Origin: a virus
Lineage: Duplodnaviria; Caudoviricetes
Virus record (IMG/VR): IMGVR_UViG_3300011115_000373
Coordinates: 1 to 62,287 of that record
Reading direction: 5' to 3' (one strand)
Length of the DNA: 62,287 bases
In this document: positions 36,440 through 44,779 of the stretch, piece after piece
How the letters are laid out: each line of letters opens with the position of its first letter
Position numbering within the stretch: position 1 is the stretch's first letter
Made by a program: the position numbers and the translations under genes
Notes under the pieces: generated by a model
Databases searched by the model: none
Told to the model about the DNA's origin: nothing
The model's input: the letters and a program-made list of their open reading frames with translations, nothing else

Positions 36440-36533
36440 CTGTCGATTTATACAGCACTGGATAGCACTGGCTTTCTGTACAGCATAACTGTCGATTTGT
36501 ACAGCACTGGATAGTCGCTGGGTTTTAGTACAG
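36440..36533. promoter_or_regulatory. Four tandem LexA (SOS) box-like sites
   Basis: CTG-N10-CAG at 36440, 36468, 36489, 36518; two are CTGT-N8-ACAG. Confidence 0.7.
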
Positions 36534-37415
36534 TGTACAGACTGCCGGTATATTCTATATACCGCCTCGCCAAAGGTGGCGGTGTGCTTAAAAAAGAGGC
36601 AGTTTCCAACTAAAGTTTGGTTCTGAGCTGATTCCGAATCAGAATGCATTCTTATGTAACCCATTGAATTCATTAGGTATTTGGTATTCAAGGTGAATTT
36701 AGGTATCCTCAAAAGAATCACCTGACTTCATTGAATTCAAAAGACAATTAATTCAGCGCAGTCGCAGCCGTAGGTGCAGCCCTACGCAGCCCTGCGCGGC
36801 GGCGCGAGCGCGACTGAGCGGGGGCGGGCGTGGGCCACCGGGGGGTATGGCGCTATTTGTGTATGGCCTAGCCCACAGAAGGGGATTTTAAGATTAGCAA
36901 CTATAGTTGGAGAGCTACACAGTCTAATCAGCTAAAAACAAGGCACAGGCTACCTAGCCCTTGGCTATTGGAGAAAGAGGCTGTAAAGACCGATGCAGTG
37001 CCTTGCTGAGGCAACGGTAATGGAAAGCCATCTCGACAGAGCAAGCACTTCCAACAACAATCCATTTGTGGTACATTAGCAGATAGTGTGTTGTCTATCA
37101 GCTACTGCTGCCTAAAAATTAAGCAGATAGTACTAGTGTTGTTTCTTTGCAACATATGTACATTGTCAGTTGCTTTGTGCTATCATCTGTGTCATACCTC
37201 CATCTGTGGGGGGTAGGGGGGTTATGAAGATCTTCACAGATGCTGATAGCAACATAAGCGTTAATAGCGATAAAGCAGATTAGATCTTCTTACTTTACTT
37301 ATCTCTAAACTCTTTATCTTGGCTATATAGTAATGATTCCTCTACTTAGTAGCTAATGTATACTTAAGCTATAATTTTACTATATAAGCAATTTTTATGC
37401 CAATTAAAGCATCAA

Positions 37416-37424
37416 TGCTATAAT
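37416..37424 (+). promoter_or_regulatory. Extended -10 promoter, probably leaderless transcript
   Basis: TGcTATAAT 8 nt before ATG 37433; no SD. Confidence 0.55.
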
Positions 37425-37432
37425 CCCACAAT

Positions 37433-37723
37433 ATGAAACAAACAGTGAGTGATTATTCTTTTTTGTTAAAAACAAAAGAGCAATTGGATGCTAAAGGATT
37501 GTTATCTTCTCCACCCTACTCGGTGATGTCAGAGATCTATATAGCTATGCACAACGATAAATTAGAAACAGTGCATATCCCTCACAGTGATGTTTACTTT
37601 GTTAGAACTGCTTTAGAGAAGCGCACAGGTTATTGGTTTCCTCTTGATGCTGTTGAATATGCAATGAAGCAAGAGGGTTGGAATGATAGGAAAGGCACTA
37701 GTAGGTTTTCTACTAGCGAATAA
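37433..37723 (+). CDS. Hypothetical protein, first gene of late arm
   Basis: HIPHSDV.FVR.ALE...G motif. Confidence 0.7.
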   Translation: MKQTVSDYSFLLKTKEQLDAKGLLSSPPYSVMSEIYIAMHNDKLETVHIPHSDVYFVRTALEKRTGYWFPLDAVEYAMKQEGWNDRKGTSRFSTSE

Positions 37724-37726
37724 CAA

Positions 37727-37999
37727 ATGGAAATTAAAAGAGGATCAGAAACATTCAGCGGGTATAATAAACCTAAAGCTACCCCATCGCATCCCACTAA
37801 GAGTCATGTTGTGTTGGCTAAAGAAGGGGACAAGGTTAAGCTTATTCGTTTTGGACAGCAGGGTGTCAAAGGTGCTGGAGCGCATCCAACCACCGAGAAA
37901 GAGAAAGCAAGGCAGAAGAGCTTCAAAGCTAGACATGCCAAAGACATTGCCATTGGAAAGATGTCAGCGGGATATTGGTCTGATAAAATAAAGTGGTAG
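37727..37999 (+). CDS. Basic conserved phage protein (KLIRFGQQG...SFKARH...SAGYW)
   Basis: Motif recognition. Confidence 0.75.
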   Translation: MEIKRGSETFSGYNKPKATPSHPTKSHVVLAKEGDKVKLIRFGQQGVKGAGAHPTTEKEKARQKSFKARHAKDIAIGKMSAGYWSDKIKW

Positions 38000-38026
38000 A
38001 CAAACCAAAGTGGTAGTGATATAACT
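37997..38026 (+). promoter_or_regulatory. Sigma70-like promoter with GTGATATAACT element
   Basis: TAGACA-17-TATAAC; same element at 38524 and 47489. Confidence 0.55.
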
Positions 38027-38031
38027 ACTAT

Positions 38032-38532
38032 ATGGAAATAACTAAAGGCTCAGACAATAGATGGTATAAACCCTGCCCTACCTGTGGAGTAATGCAGAGT
38101 TACTTGCGTAAGAATTATGCCGAAGGATCATTAAAAGCAAATAAAGAATGCAAAGCTTGCTCAAATAAAAAAGTTGATAATTGTCATAGAGGCTGGCATA
38201 GAGGCATAAGAGTCTCTTGGTTTAATAAATTTAAAATAGGAGCCGAGGTACGGGGGCTTGAATGGAAAATTAACTTAGATGATTTAGCTGATCTGTATGA
38301 GAAACAAAATTATCGTTGTGCTTTAACAGATGTAAATATTGTTTTCCCTGAAGTGGGCCACCCACAGGAAGCCTTAGCTTCTATTGATAGGATAGACAGT
38401 AAAATTGGATACATAAAAGAAAATATTCAATTAGTTACTAAACAAGTGAACATGATGAAGCAATCGTATGACCAAGAATTTTTTATATCTACTTGTGTAG
38501 CGGTAGCTATAAAAACTAAAAGAGTGATATAA
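38032..38532 (+). CDS. Putative free-standing HNH-like homing endonuclease
   Basis: Two CxxC pairs, CALT, SIDRIDS..GY..ENIQLV...VN.MK; AT-rich; flanked by 13-bp direct repeat. Confidence 0.75.
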   Translation: MEITKGSDNRWYKPCPTCGVMQSYLRKNYAEGSLKANKECKACSNKKVDNCHRGWHRGIRVSWFNKFKIGAEVRGLEWKINLDDLADLYEKQNYRCALTDVNIVFPEVGHPQEALASIDRIDSKIGYIKENIQLVTKQVNMMKQSYDQEFFISTCVAVAIKTKRVI

Positions 38533-38562
38533 CTAAGAGTAGTTTTTAAAGGAACACGAAAT

Positions 38563-38850
38563 ATGGCAACACAGACAGCGGCAGAGAAGGTGGCAATGTA
38601 CAGAGAGAAAGCAAAGGATGCTTCTTTGCCTCAGGATGTTCGCAATGCTTATTTGGACAAAGCCACTGCGCTGGAAGCCAAAGCCTACGAAGAAACCAAG
38701 GCTGGCACTACCAAATCTAACACCCCTCCGAAAGAGACATACGCTAAGGGTGGACTCACTCCTCGTTGGTTGAAACCAATGAAGATGAATAAAGGCGGCT
38801 ATGTCAATTGTGGGGCTTCGGTTCCTCCTGCTCAGAAAGGCAAGAAATAA
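38563..38850 (+). CDS. Small basic protein with YAKGG/MNKGG motifs
   Basis: AAGGA SD. Confidence 0.65.
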   Translation: MATQTAAEKVAMYREKAKDASLPQDVRNAYLDKATALEAKAYEETKAGTTKSNTPPKETYAKGGLTPRWLKPMKMNKGGYVNCGASVPPAQKGKK

Positions 38851-38851
38851 A

Positions 38852-39091
38852 ATGGCTACTAAGAAAATTGTTGAAGGTAAAGAAACCTATGCTTCCAAGG
38901 GTGCAATGATGAAGCATGAGAAGAAAGAGCCGATGAAGAAAGAGAAGCAAGAAGAGATGGCATATGCTAAAGGCGGTGCTGTCAAGAAAGGTGCTAAGAC
39001 ACCCGCTGTTGCTCTCATCATCGGTATGGGCAAGCCTAAGGGTAAAACCATGATGAACAAAGGTGGCATGGCTAAGGGAAAGAAATGCTAA
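38852..39091 (+). CDS. Lys/Met-rich small protein with YAKGG/MNKGG motifs
   Basis: Start at MATKK. Confidence 0.65.
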   Translation: MATKKIVEGKETYASKGAMMKHEKKEPMKKEKQEEMAYAKGGAVKKGAKTPAVALIIGMGKPKGKTMMNKGGMAKGKKC

Positions 39092-39092
39092 C

Positions 39093-39257
39093 ATGGCTAC
39101 GAAACTTTCTAAAAAGCAAACTGCCAAAGTGGGTAAAGTGATGCATGAGTTTAAGGGCAAGTCTTTGCATAGTGGCAAAGGTGGCCCTGTTGTTAAGAAC
39201 CCCAAGCAAGCCATTGCCATTGCCCTGTCTGAAGCTTCTAAGCTAAAGAAGAAGTAA
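39093..39257 (+). CDS. Small basic protein (KV.KVMHEFK...LHSG...KQAIAIALSEA; DUF6496-like)
   Basis: Motif recognition. Confidence 0.7.
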   Translation: MATKLSKKQTAKVGKVMHEFKGKSLHSGKGGPVVKNPKQAIAIALSEASKLKKK

Positions 39258-39260
39258 GCT

Positions 39261-39629
39261 ATGCCATTTGAGGCGGCGAGTAAGTTTAAGACAGAGGGTG
39301 CTAACATCACTGCTACGGCAGCGGGTGCTAGCGCCCAAGTTATTTACTCCTGCCCCGCTAACTTCTCAGCAATTGTTCGGTTTTTAAACATTGCTTCTGG
39401 ATCTACAGCCAATAAACATATTTCTGTTCAGTTCTATCATACGGAAGACACCACTTATCATTACTTGTTAAATGCCTATGATATGGCATCAGCTTCTTCA
39501 TTTAATGTGTTGAATGCTGGCATTATGTCCTTGCACCAGAACGATAAGATTGTAGCTTTCTCTGATAGTGTAGGAAACTTTGATATTGTTATATCTGTAG
39601 AGGAATACTTTGATCCTGTGAGGAGATAA
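39261..39629 (+). CDS. Hypothetical beta-rich virion-associated protein
   Basis: IY.CP.N...IV pattern. Confidence 0.65.
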   Translation: MPFEAASKFKTEGANITATAAGASAQVIYSCPANFSAIVRFLNIASGSTANKHISVQFYHTEDTTYHYLLNAYDMASASSFNVLNAGIMSLHQNDKIVAFSDSVGNFDIVISVEEYFDPVRR

Positions 39630-39632
39630 AAC

Positions 39633-39809
39633 ATGGCTACTAAGAATTGGATTAAAGACGCTATTAAGAAACCCGGAGCTTTGCGGGAATCCTTAGGCGT
39701 TAAGGCAGGTAAAAATATTCCAGCTAAAGCACTTGCTAAAGCAGCAAAGGCTCCCGGTAAATTGGGACAAAGAGCTAGGCTAGCTGAGACATTGAAGAAG
39801 ATGAAGTGA
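39633..39809 (+). CDS. Small basic protein, 58 aa (WIKDAIKKPGALR..LG...GQRARLA.TL)
   Basis: Read manually; AGGAG SD. Confidence 0.7.
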   Translation: MATKNWIKDAIKKPGALRESLGVKAGKNIPAKALAKAAKAPGKLGQRARLAETLKKMK

Positions 39810-39997
39810 TGGCTACAGCAAAGAAAAGCTCTGTCAATGCTGCGAAGAATTACACAAAGCCAGCACTGAGGGAGAGGCTGTTTAACACCATCAAGAACAG
39901 TGAAGTGCAGGGTACAGCAGCAGGGCAGTGGTCAGCTAGAAAAGCACAGCTACTGGCTAAGAAATACAAAGAACAAGGTGGAGGCTACAAAGATTGA
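39809..39997 (+). CDS. Small basic protein (NYTKP..R...GQWSARKAQLLAK.YK..GGGY; DUF5872-like)
   Basis: Motif recognition. Confidence 0.7.
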   Translation: MATAKKSSVNAAKNYTKPALRERLFNTIKNSEVQGTAAGQWSARKAQLLAKKYKEQGGGYKD

Positions 39998-40227
39998 AAG
40001 CCCCGCAGAAATCGCTAAAGGATTGGACAGAGCAGAAGTGGCAGACTAAGTCTGGTAAGCCTTCTTCCAAGACAGGAGAACGCTATCTGCCAGCGGCTGC
40101 AATCAAAGCTCTCTCTGCTTCTGAGTATGCCGCCACCACAAAAACTAAGCGAGAAGGAAAAGCTAAGGGTAAACAATTTGTAGCGCAGCCTAAAGCTGTT
40201 GCTGCTAAAACAGCGAGATACAGATAA
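39994..40227 (+). CDS. Small basic protein (QKSLKDWT.QKW.TKSGK...GERYLP)
   Basis: Motif recognition; GGAGG SD, TTG start. Confidence 0.7.
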   Translation: MKAPQKSLKDWTEQKWQTKSGKPSSKTGERYLPAAAIKALSASEYAATTKTKREGKAKGKQFVAQPKAVAAKTARYR

Positions 40228-40598
40228 TGGCAAAAGAACTAGACGAAAGACAAAAGAAATTTCTAGAGGTGTTGTTTGAAGAGGCAGCAGGAAATCCTGT
40301 CACTGCTAAGAAGCTAGCTGGATACTCTGAAGGCTACTCCACCAAAGAACTAATCAACTCCTTGAAGGAAGAGATTGCTGAGGCCACTACATTGTACATC
40401 GCCATGAATGCCCCACGCGCTGCATGTGCTATAATTAGTGGCATTGAAAGTCCTACGCAACTGGGCCTCAAAGAAAAACTTAGCGCTGCTAAGGATATGC
40501 TTGATAGAGCCGGTCATGTTAAGACAGACAAGGTGCAAGTAGAGGCAATGAATGGTGTGATGATTTTGCCAGCAAAGGATAAATCCGAGGAAGACTAA
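40227..40598 (+). CDS. Putative terminase small subunit
   Basis: L.ERQKKFL...A..LAGY HTH, AAKD.LDRAG; upstream of TerL. Confidence 0.7.
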   Translation: MAKELDERQKKFLEVLFEEAAGNPVTAKKLAGYSEGYSTKELINSLKEEIAEATTLYIAMNAPRAACAIISGIESPTQLGLKEKLSAAKDMLDRAGHVKTDKVQVEAMNGVMILPAKDKSEED

Positions 40599-41044
40599 TG
40601 AGTGAACGCACTGCTGGCAAGTGGATACTGCCACAGCCAGAAGGAGGTAAGGAGTATGTCTCAGTACCTCAGCTTTCTAGAACAGTTCCATTTGGATATA
40701 AGAAGGATGAAGAGAATGAGGGGTGGCTTCTCCCCATCCCTAAAGAGCTAGATGCTCTTGAGCAAGCGAAGAAATACCTAAAGCAATATTCGTATAGGCA
40801 AGTTGCTGATTGGTTGACCGAAGCATCAGGTAGACAAATTTCTCACGCAGGACTTAAGAGCAGATTAGAACATGAACAGTCGAATAGGAGAAAATCTTCA
40901 ACTTACCGCCTCCTTGCCCAGCGGTACGAAGAAGCCCTTAGGAAGGCCGAAGAGTACGAAAAGAGGATCGGCTCAGAAGGAAGCTACTTCAAGTCCGATC
41001 ATTACAGAAATATCTCCTCCAACTTCCGAAGTAGTGATATCTAG
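40598..41044 (+). CDS. Hypothetical HTH protein
   Basis: VPFGY...SYRQVADWL....GR.ISH.GL. Confidence 0.65.
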   Translation: MSERTAGKWILPQPEGGKEYVSVPQLSRTVPFGYKKDEENEGWLLPIPKELDALEQAKKYLKQYSYRQVADWLTEASGRQISHAGLKSRLEHEQSNRRKSSTYRLLAQRYEEALRKAEEYEKRIGSEGSYFKSDHYRNISSNFRSSDI

Positions 41045-42458
41045 TTCTGTACAGGCTCCTGCACAGAACATCATCTTTAAGCCCAACGCAGGGCCACAAA
41101 CATTCTTCCTATCTGCCTCAGAACGTGAGGTGTTATATGGTGGTGCTGCTGGTGGTGGCAAAAGCTACGCCATGTTAGCAGATCCTCTGCGCTATCTAGG
41201 CCATCCCCAATTCTCTGGCCTGTTGTTACGCCACACAACAGAGGAACTCCGCGAACTTATCTGGAAAAGCCAAGAGATATATCCCAAAATCTACCCAAAC
41301 ATTAAGTGGAGTGAGCGAAAAATGCAGTGGGTAGCTCCCTCTGGTGCTAGATTGTGGATGTCCTACCTAGATAGAGACGAAGATGTACTTCGTTATCAGG
41401 GATTAGCGTTTAGCTGGATTGGTTTTGATGAGCTAACCCAGTGGCATACCCCGTTTGCATGGAACTACATGAGGTCACGGCTGCGTACTCCTGCTGCTGA
41501 CCTGCCAATTTACATGAGAGCCACCACAAATCCGGGTGGGCCGGGACATGCTTGGGTGAAAAAGATGTTTATTGACCCAGCACCAGCAGGAAAAGCGTTC
41601 TGGGCCACCGATATTGAGTCTGCCACCACCCTAACCTACCCTAAAGGACACAGCAAAGAGGGTCAACCTCTGTTCAAACGCAGGTTTATACCCGCAATGT
41701 TGTCCGATAACCCCTATTTGGCTGAGACAGGTGACTACGAAACCATGTTGTTGTCCTTACCAGAGCATCAACGCAAGCAATTACTGGAAGGAAACTGGGA
41801 TATTGCAGAGGGAGCAGCGTTTCCTGAGTTTAATAGGGCTGTTCATGTGGTAGAACCCTTTGACATTCCACATAATTGGGTTAAATTCAGGGCATGTGAC
41901 TATGGATATGGGAGTTATAGCGCTGTTGTATGGTTTGCTGTCACACCAAGTGAGCAATTGGTCATCTATCGTGAGCTATATGTCTCAAAGGTGTTGGCAA
42001 AAGACTTAGCTAAGATGGTGTTACAGGCAGAAGAGAACGATGGAACCATTAGATATGGTGTATTAGACAGTAGCTGCTGGCATAAGCGTGGTGATACAGG
42101 GCCATCCCTAGCAGAACAGATGATTATGGAGGGATGCCGGTGGCGACCTTCCGATAGAAGTGCAGGAAGTAGAGTATCTGGTAAGAATGAGATACATAGA
42201 AGGCTACAGGTTGATCCATTTACAGATATGCCAAGAATGGTTATAACTAGTAACTGTGTAAACATAGTAGCTCAGCTTCCTATTATCCCTTTGGATAAAA
42301 GAAATCCAGAGGACATTGACACGAAAGCAGAAGACCATCTTTATGATGCTATTCGCTACGGAATTATGAGTAGGCCACGAAGCAGTCTGTTTGATTACGA
42401 TCCAGCTAAGACTAAGCAGTATGGGATGAAAGTGGCAGACCCTGTTTTTGGTTATTGA
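40872..42458 (+). CDS. terL: Terminase large subunit (start uncertain)
   Basis: YGGAAGGGKS Walker A, IGFDE Walker B, TTNPGG, DYGY, DHLYDAIRYG. Confidence 0.93.
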   Translation: MNSRIGENLQLTASLPSGTKKPLGRPKSTKRGSAQKEATSSPIITEISPPTSEVVISSSVQAPAQNIIFKPNAGPQTFFLSASEREVLYGGAAGGGKSYAMLADPLRYLGHPQFSGLLLRHTTEELRELIWKSQEIYPKIYPNIKWSERKMQWVAPSGARLWMSYLDRDEDVLRYQGLAFSWIGFDELTQWHTPFAWNYMRSRLRTPAADLPIYMRATTNPGGPGHAWVKKMFIDPAPAGKAFWATDIESATTLTYPKGHSKEGQPLFKRRFIPAMLSDNPYLAETGDYETMLLSLPEHQRKQLLEGNWDIAEGAAFPEFNRAVHVVEPFDIPHNWVKFRACDYGYGSYSAVVWFAVTPSEQLVIYRELYVSKVLAKDLAKMVLQAEENDGTIRYGVLDSSCWHKRGDTGPSLAEQMIMEGCRWRPSDRSAGSRVSGKNEIHRRLQVDPFTDMPRMVITSNCVNIVAQLPIIPLDKRNPEDIDTKAEDHLYDAIRYGIMSRPRSSLFDYDPAKTKQYGMKVADPVFGY

Positions 42459-42471
42459 ATTAAGGAATACT

Positions 42472-44574
42472 ATGGTAGAGAAGCAACAATCGCTAGGAGA
42501 TAAAAGCTTAGCCCTCAATGATGTGAAGTCAGCAGAAGATACTGACACACAGGGCAGTGGCATTATTGCCTATGTAGAAGAGCGCTTTACCCGTTCTGAG
42601 ACAAGCCGAAAACAAGACGAAGCTAGATGGCTACGCGCCTATCGCAACTATCGTGGCATCTATGGCACTGATGTTCAATTCACTGAACATGAGAAGTCGC
42701 GGGTCTTTATTAAAGTTACTAAGACAAAGACACTGGCTGCTTATGGGCAAATCATTGAAGTATTATTTTCCAATAACAAATTCCCTCTCAGCGTAGATCC
42801 AACAGTCTTGCCTGATGGTGTAGTAGAGGATGTTCATTTTGATCCTAACGATAAGACACCTCCGTCAGAAAAGAAACAAACAGAGATTCCTTTTGGCGAA
42901 GAGGGCGGTAAATCTATTCAAAGCGGATTCACTCTTGACAATCTAGAAGAGATGTTGGGAGCAATGAAGGATGAGCTTAAAGATATTCCTAATCTAAAAG
43001 AAGGGCCGGGAGTAACTCCTTCCTCTGTCACGTTTAGTCCTGCTATGGTGGCAGCTAAGAAGATGGAGAAGAAAATCCACGACCAGCTAGACGAGACAGG
43101 GGCTTCAAAGCACCTACGCTCCACAGCCTTTGAGATGGCCCTATTCGGCACAGGCGTTATGAAAGGCCCATTTGCTGTTAATAAGGAATATGCTAATTGG
43201 GACGCTGACGGTAAATACAAACCAATTATTAAAACAGTGCCTGAAGCTTCCCATGTTTCTATTTGGAACTTCTATTGGGATCCTGATGCAAGCAACACTG
43301 GTGATTGCCAATACACCATTGAGCGTCATAAGCTGTCACGCACACAACTGAGAGCGCTCAAGAAGCGCCCACATTTCCGAGCCAATATCATTGATCAAAT
43401 CATTGAAGAAGGCGAAGGCTATACAAAGAAATATTGGGAAGATGATCTCAAAGACTATGCTCCTACATTTGGAGTGGAGCGCTTTGAAGTTTTGGAATAC
43501 TGGGGCAATGTAGACATTGATTTGTTGGAAGAGAATGAAGTTGTCATTCCTGATGACATGAAAGACTCTGGAGAACTGCAAGCCAACATCTGGTATTGCA
43601 ATGGCAAAATCTTGCGTCTTGTTCTCAATCCATTTAAGCCCTCTCGCATTCCTTACTACGCTGTTCCTTACGAACTCAATCCCTACTCCCTTGCTGGTGT
43701 TGGCATTGGTGAGAACATGGATGATACACAGACGTTGATGAATGGCTTCATGCGTATGGCGGTGGACAACGCTGTGTTGTCTGGCAACTTAATCTTTGAA
43801 ATTGATGAAACCAATCTTGTCCCCGGTCAAGACTTGTCCGTCTATCCGGGCAAGGTGTTCCGCAGACAAGGCGGCGCTCCGGGTCAATCGTTGTTTGGAA
43901 CTAAGTTTCCCAATGTATCTAATGAGAACCTGCAACTGTTTGACAAGGCTAGACAGTTAGCAGATGAGTCTACAGGACTTCCATCATTCTCACACGGTCA
44001 AACAGGTGTGTCGGGAGTAGGCCGAACTGCCAGCGGTATTAGCATGTTGATGAATGCTGCTAGCGGTAATATCAAAACGGTTATTAAGAATGTTGATGAC
44101 TACTTGCTTGCTCCTTTAGGACAGGCGTTCTTCAACTTCAATATGCAGTTTGACTACGATCCAGCAATCAAAGGCGACTTGGAAGTATCAGCTAAAGGCA
44201 CAGAGAGTCTGATGGCTAATGAAGTTAGAAGCCAGCGCTTAATGCAATTCTTGCAGATTGCCAGCCAACCCTCTCTTGCTCCGTTTGCTAAGTTTCCCTA
44301 CATCATCCGTGAGATTGCTAAGAGCATGGACTTGGATCCAGAGAAGGTTACTAACAACATGGATGAAGCCATGAAGCAAGCCTTCCTGTTGCAACAGAAC
44401 GCTCCTCCACCTCCCGCAGAAGGCGCTCCCGGTGCTGCCCCTCAAGGCGCTCCTCCGCAGGGCGTAGCTGGCCCTCCAAGCGTTGCAGACATGAGTGGTG
44501 GTGGTGGTGGCAACATCGGCGTTGGCGCTGCTCCTGCACCACAAGAACAAGGATTTAGCGGCAATGCAGGATAA
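42472..44574 (+). CDS. Portal protein
   Basis: ~700 aa after TerL; FGTGVMKGP, G.GRTASGISML; AAGGA SD. Confidence 0.85.
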   Translation: MVEKQQSLGDKSLALNDVKSAEDTDTQGSGIIAYVEERFTRSETSRKQDEARWLRAYRNYRGIYGTDVQFTEHEKSRVFIKVTKTKTLAAYGQIIEVLFSNNKFPLSVDPTVLPDGVVEDVHFDPNDKTPPSEKKQTEIPFGEEGGKSIQSGFTLDNLEEMLGAMKDELKDIPNLKEGPGVTPSSVTFSPAMVAAKKMEKKIHDQLDETGASKHLRSTAFEMALFGTGVMKGPFAVNKEYANWDADGKYKPIIKTVPEASHVSIWNFYWDPDASNTGDCQYTIERHKLSRTQLRALKKRPHFRANIIDQIIEEGEGYTKKYWEDDLKDYAPTFGVERFEVLEYWGNVDIDLLEENEVVIPDDMKDSGELQANIWYCNGKILRLVLNPFKPSRIPYYAVPYELNPYSLAGVGIGENMDDTQTLMNGFMRMAVDNAVLSGNLIFEIDETNLVPGQDLSVYPGKVFRRQGGAPGQSLFGTKFPNVSNENLQLFDKARQLADESTGLPSFSHGQTGVSGVGRTASGISMLMNAASGNIKTVIKNVDDYLLAPLGQAFFNFNMQFDYDPAIKGDLEVSAKGTESLMANEVRSQRLMQFLQIASQPSLAPFAKFPYIIREIAKSMDLDPEKVTNNMDEAMKQAFLLQQNAPPPPAEGAPGAAPQGAPPQGVAGPPSVADMSGGGGGNIGVGAAPAPQEQGFSGNAG

Positions 44575-44779
44575 GTCTTATCTCTCTAAGTTAAAAGGGC
44601 TGGTTGCTAATAACAATCAGTGGGATGGCTTTTGTGAAATGCTCCAATTTAATATTGAACAGCAGCAACGCAAGCTGGAACAGGCAGCAGACACACGCGA
44701 AATCTATCAAGCTCAAGGAGCTATAACTGCGCTTCGTCAATTGAAATATCTCAAGGAAGAAATAAATGCAAACAAATAA
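44564..44779 (+). CDS. Small conserved post-portal protein
   Basis: IYQAQG.I.ALR.L..L motif. Confidence 0.7.
   Translation: MQDKSYLSKLKGLVANNNQWDGFCEMLQFNIEQQQRKLEQAADTREIYQAQGAITALRQLKYLKEEINANK

Noticed and set aside
36270-36721. Minus-strand ORFs of 62 and 132 aa in the control region
   Set aside because: No SD or motifs; sequence better explained by DnaA/LexA sites
38804-39310. 168-aa minus-strand ORF
   Set aside because: Antisense to three coupled plus-strand genes with recognisable motifs
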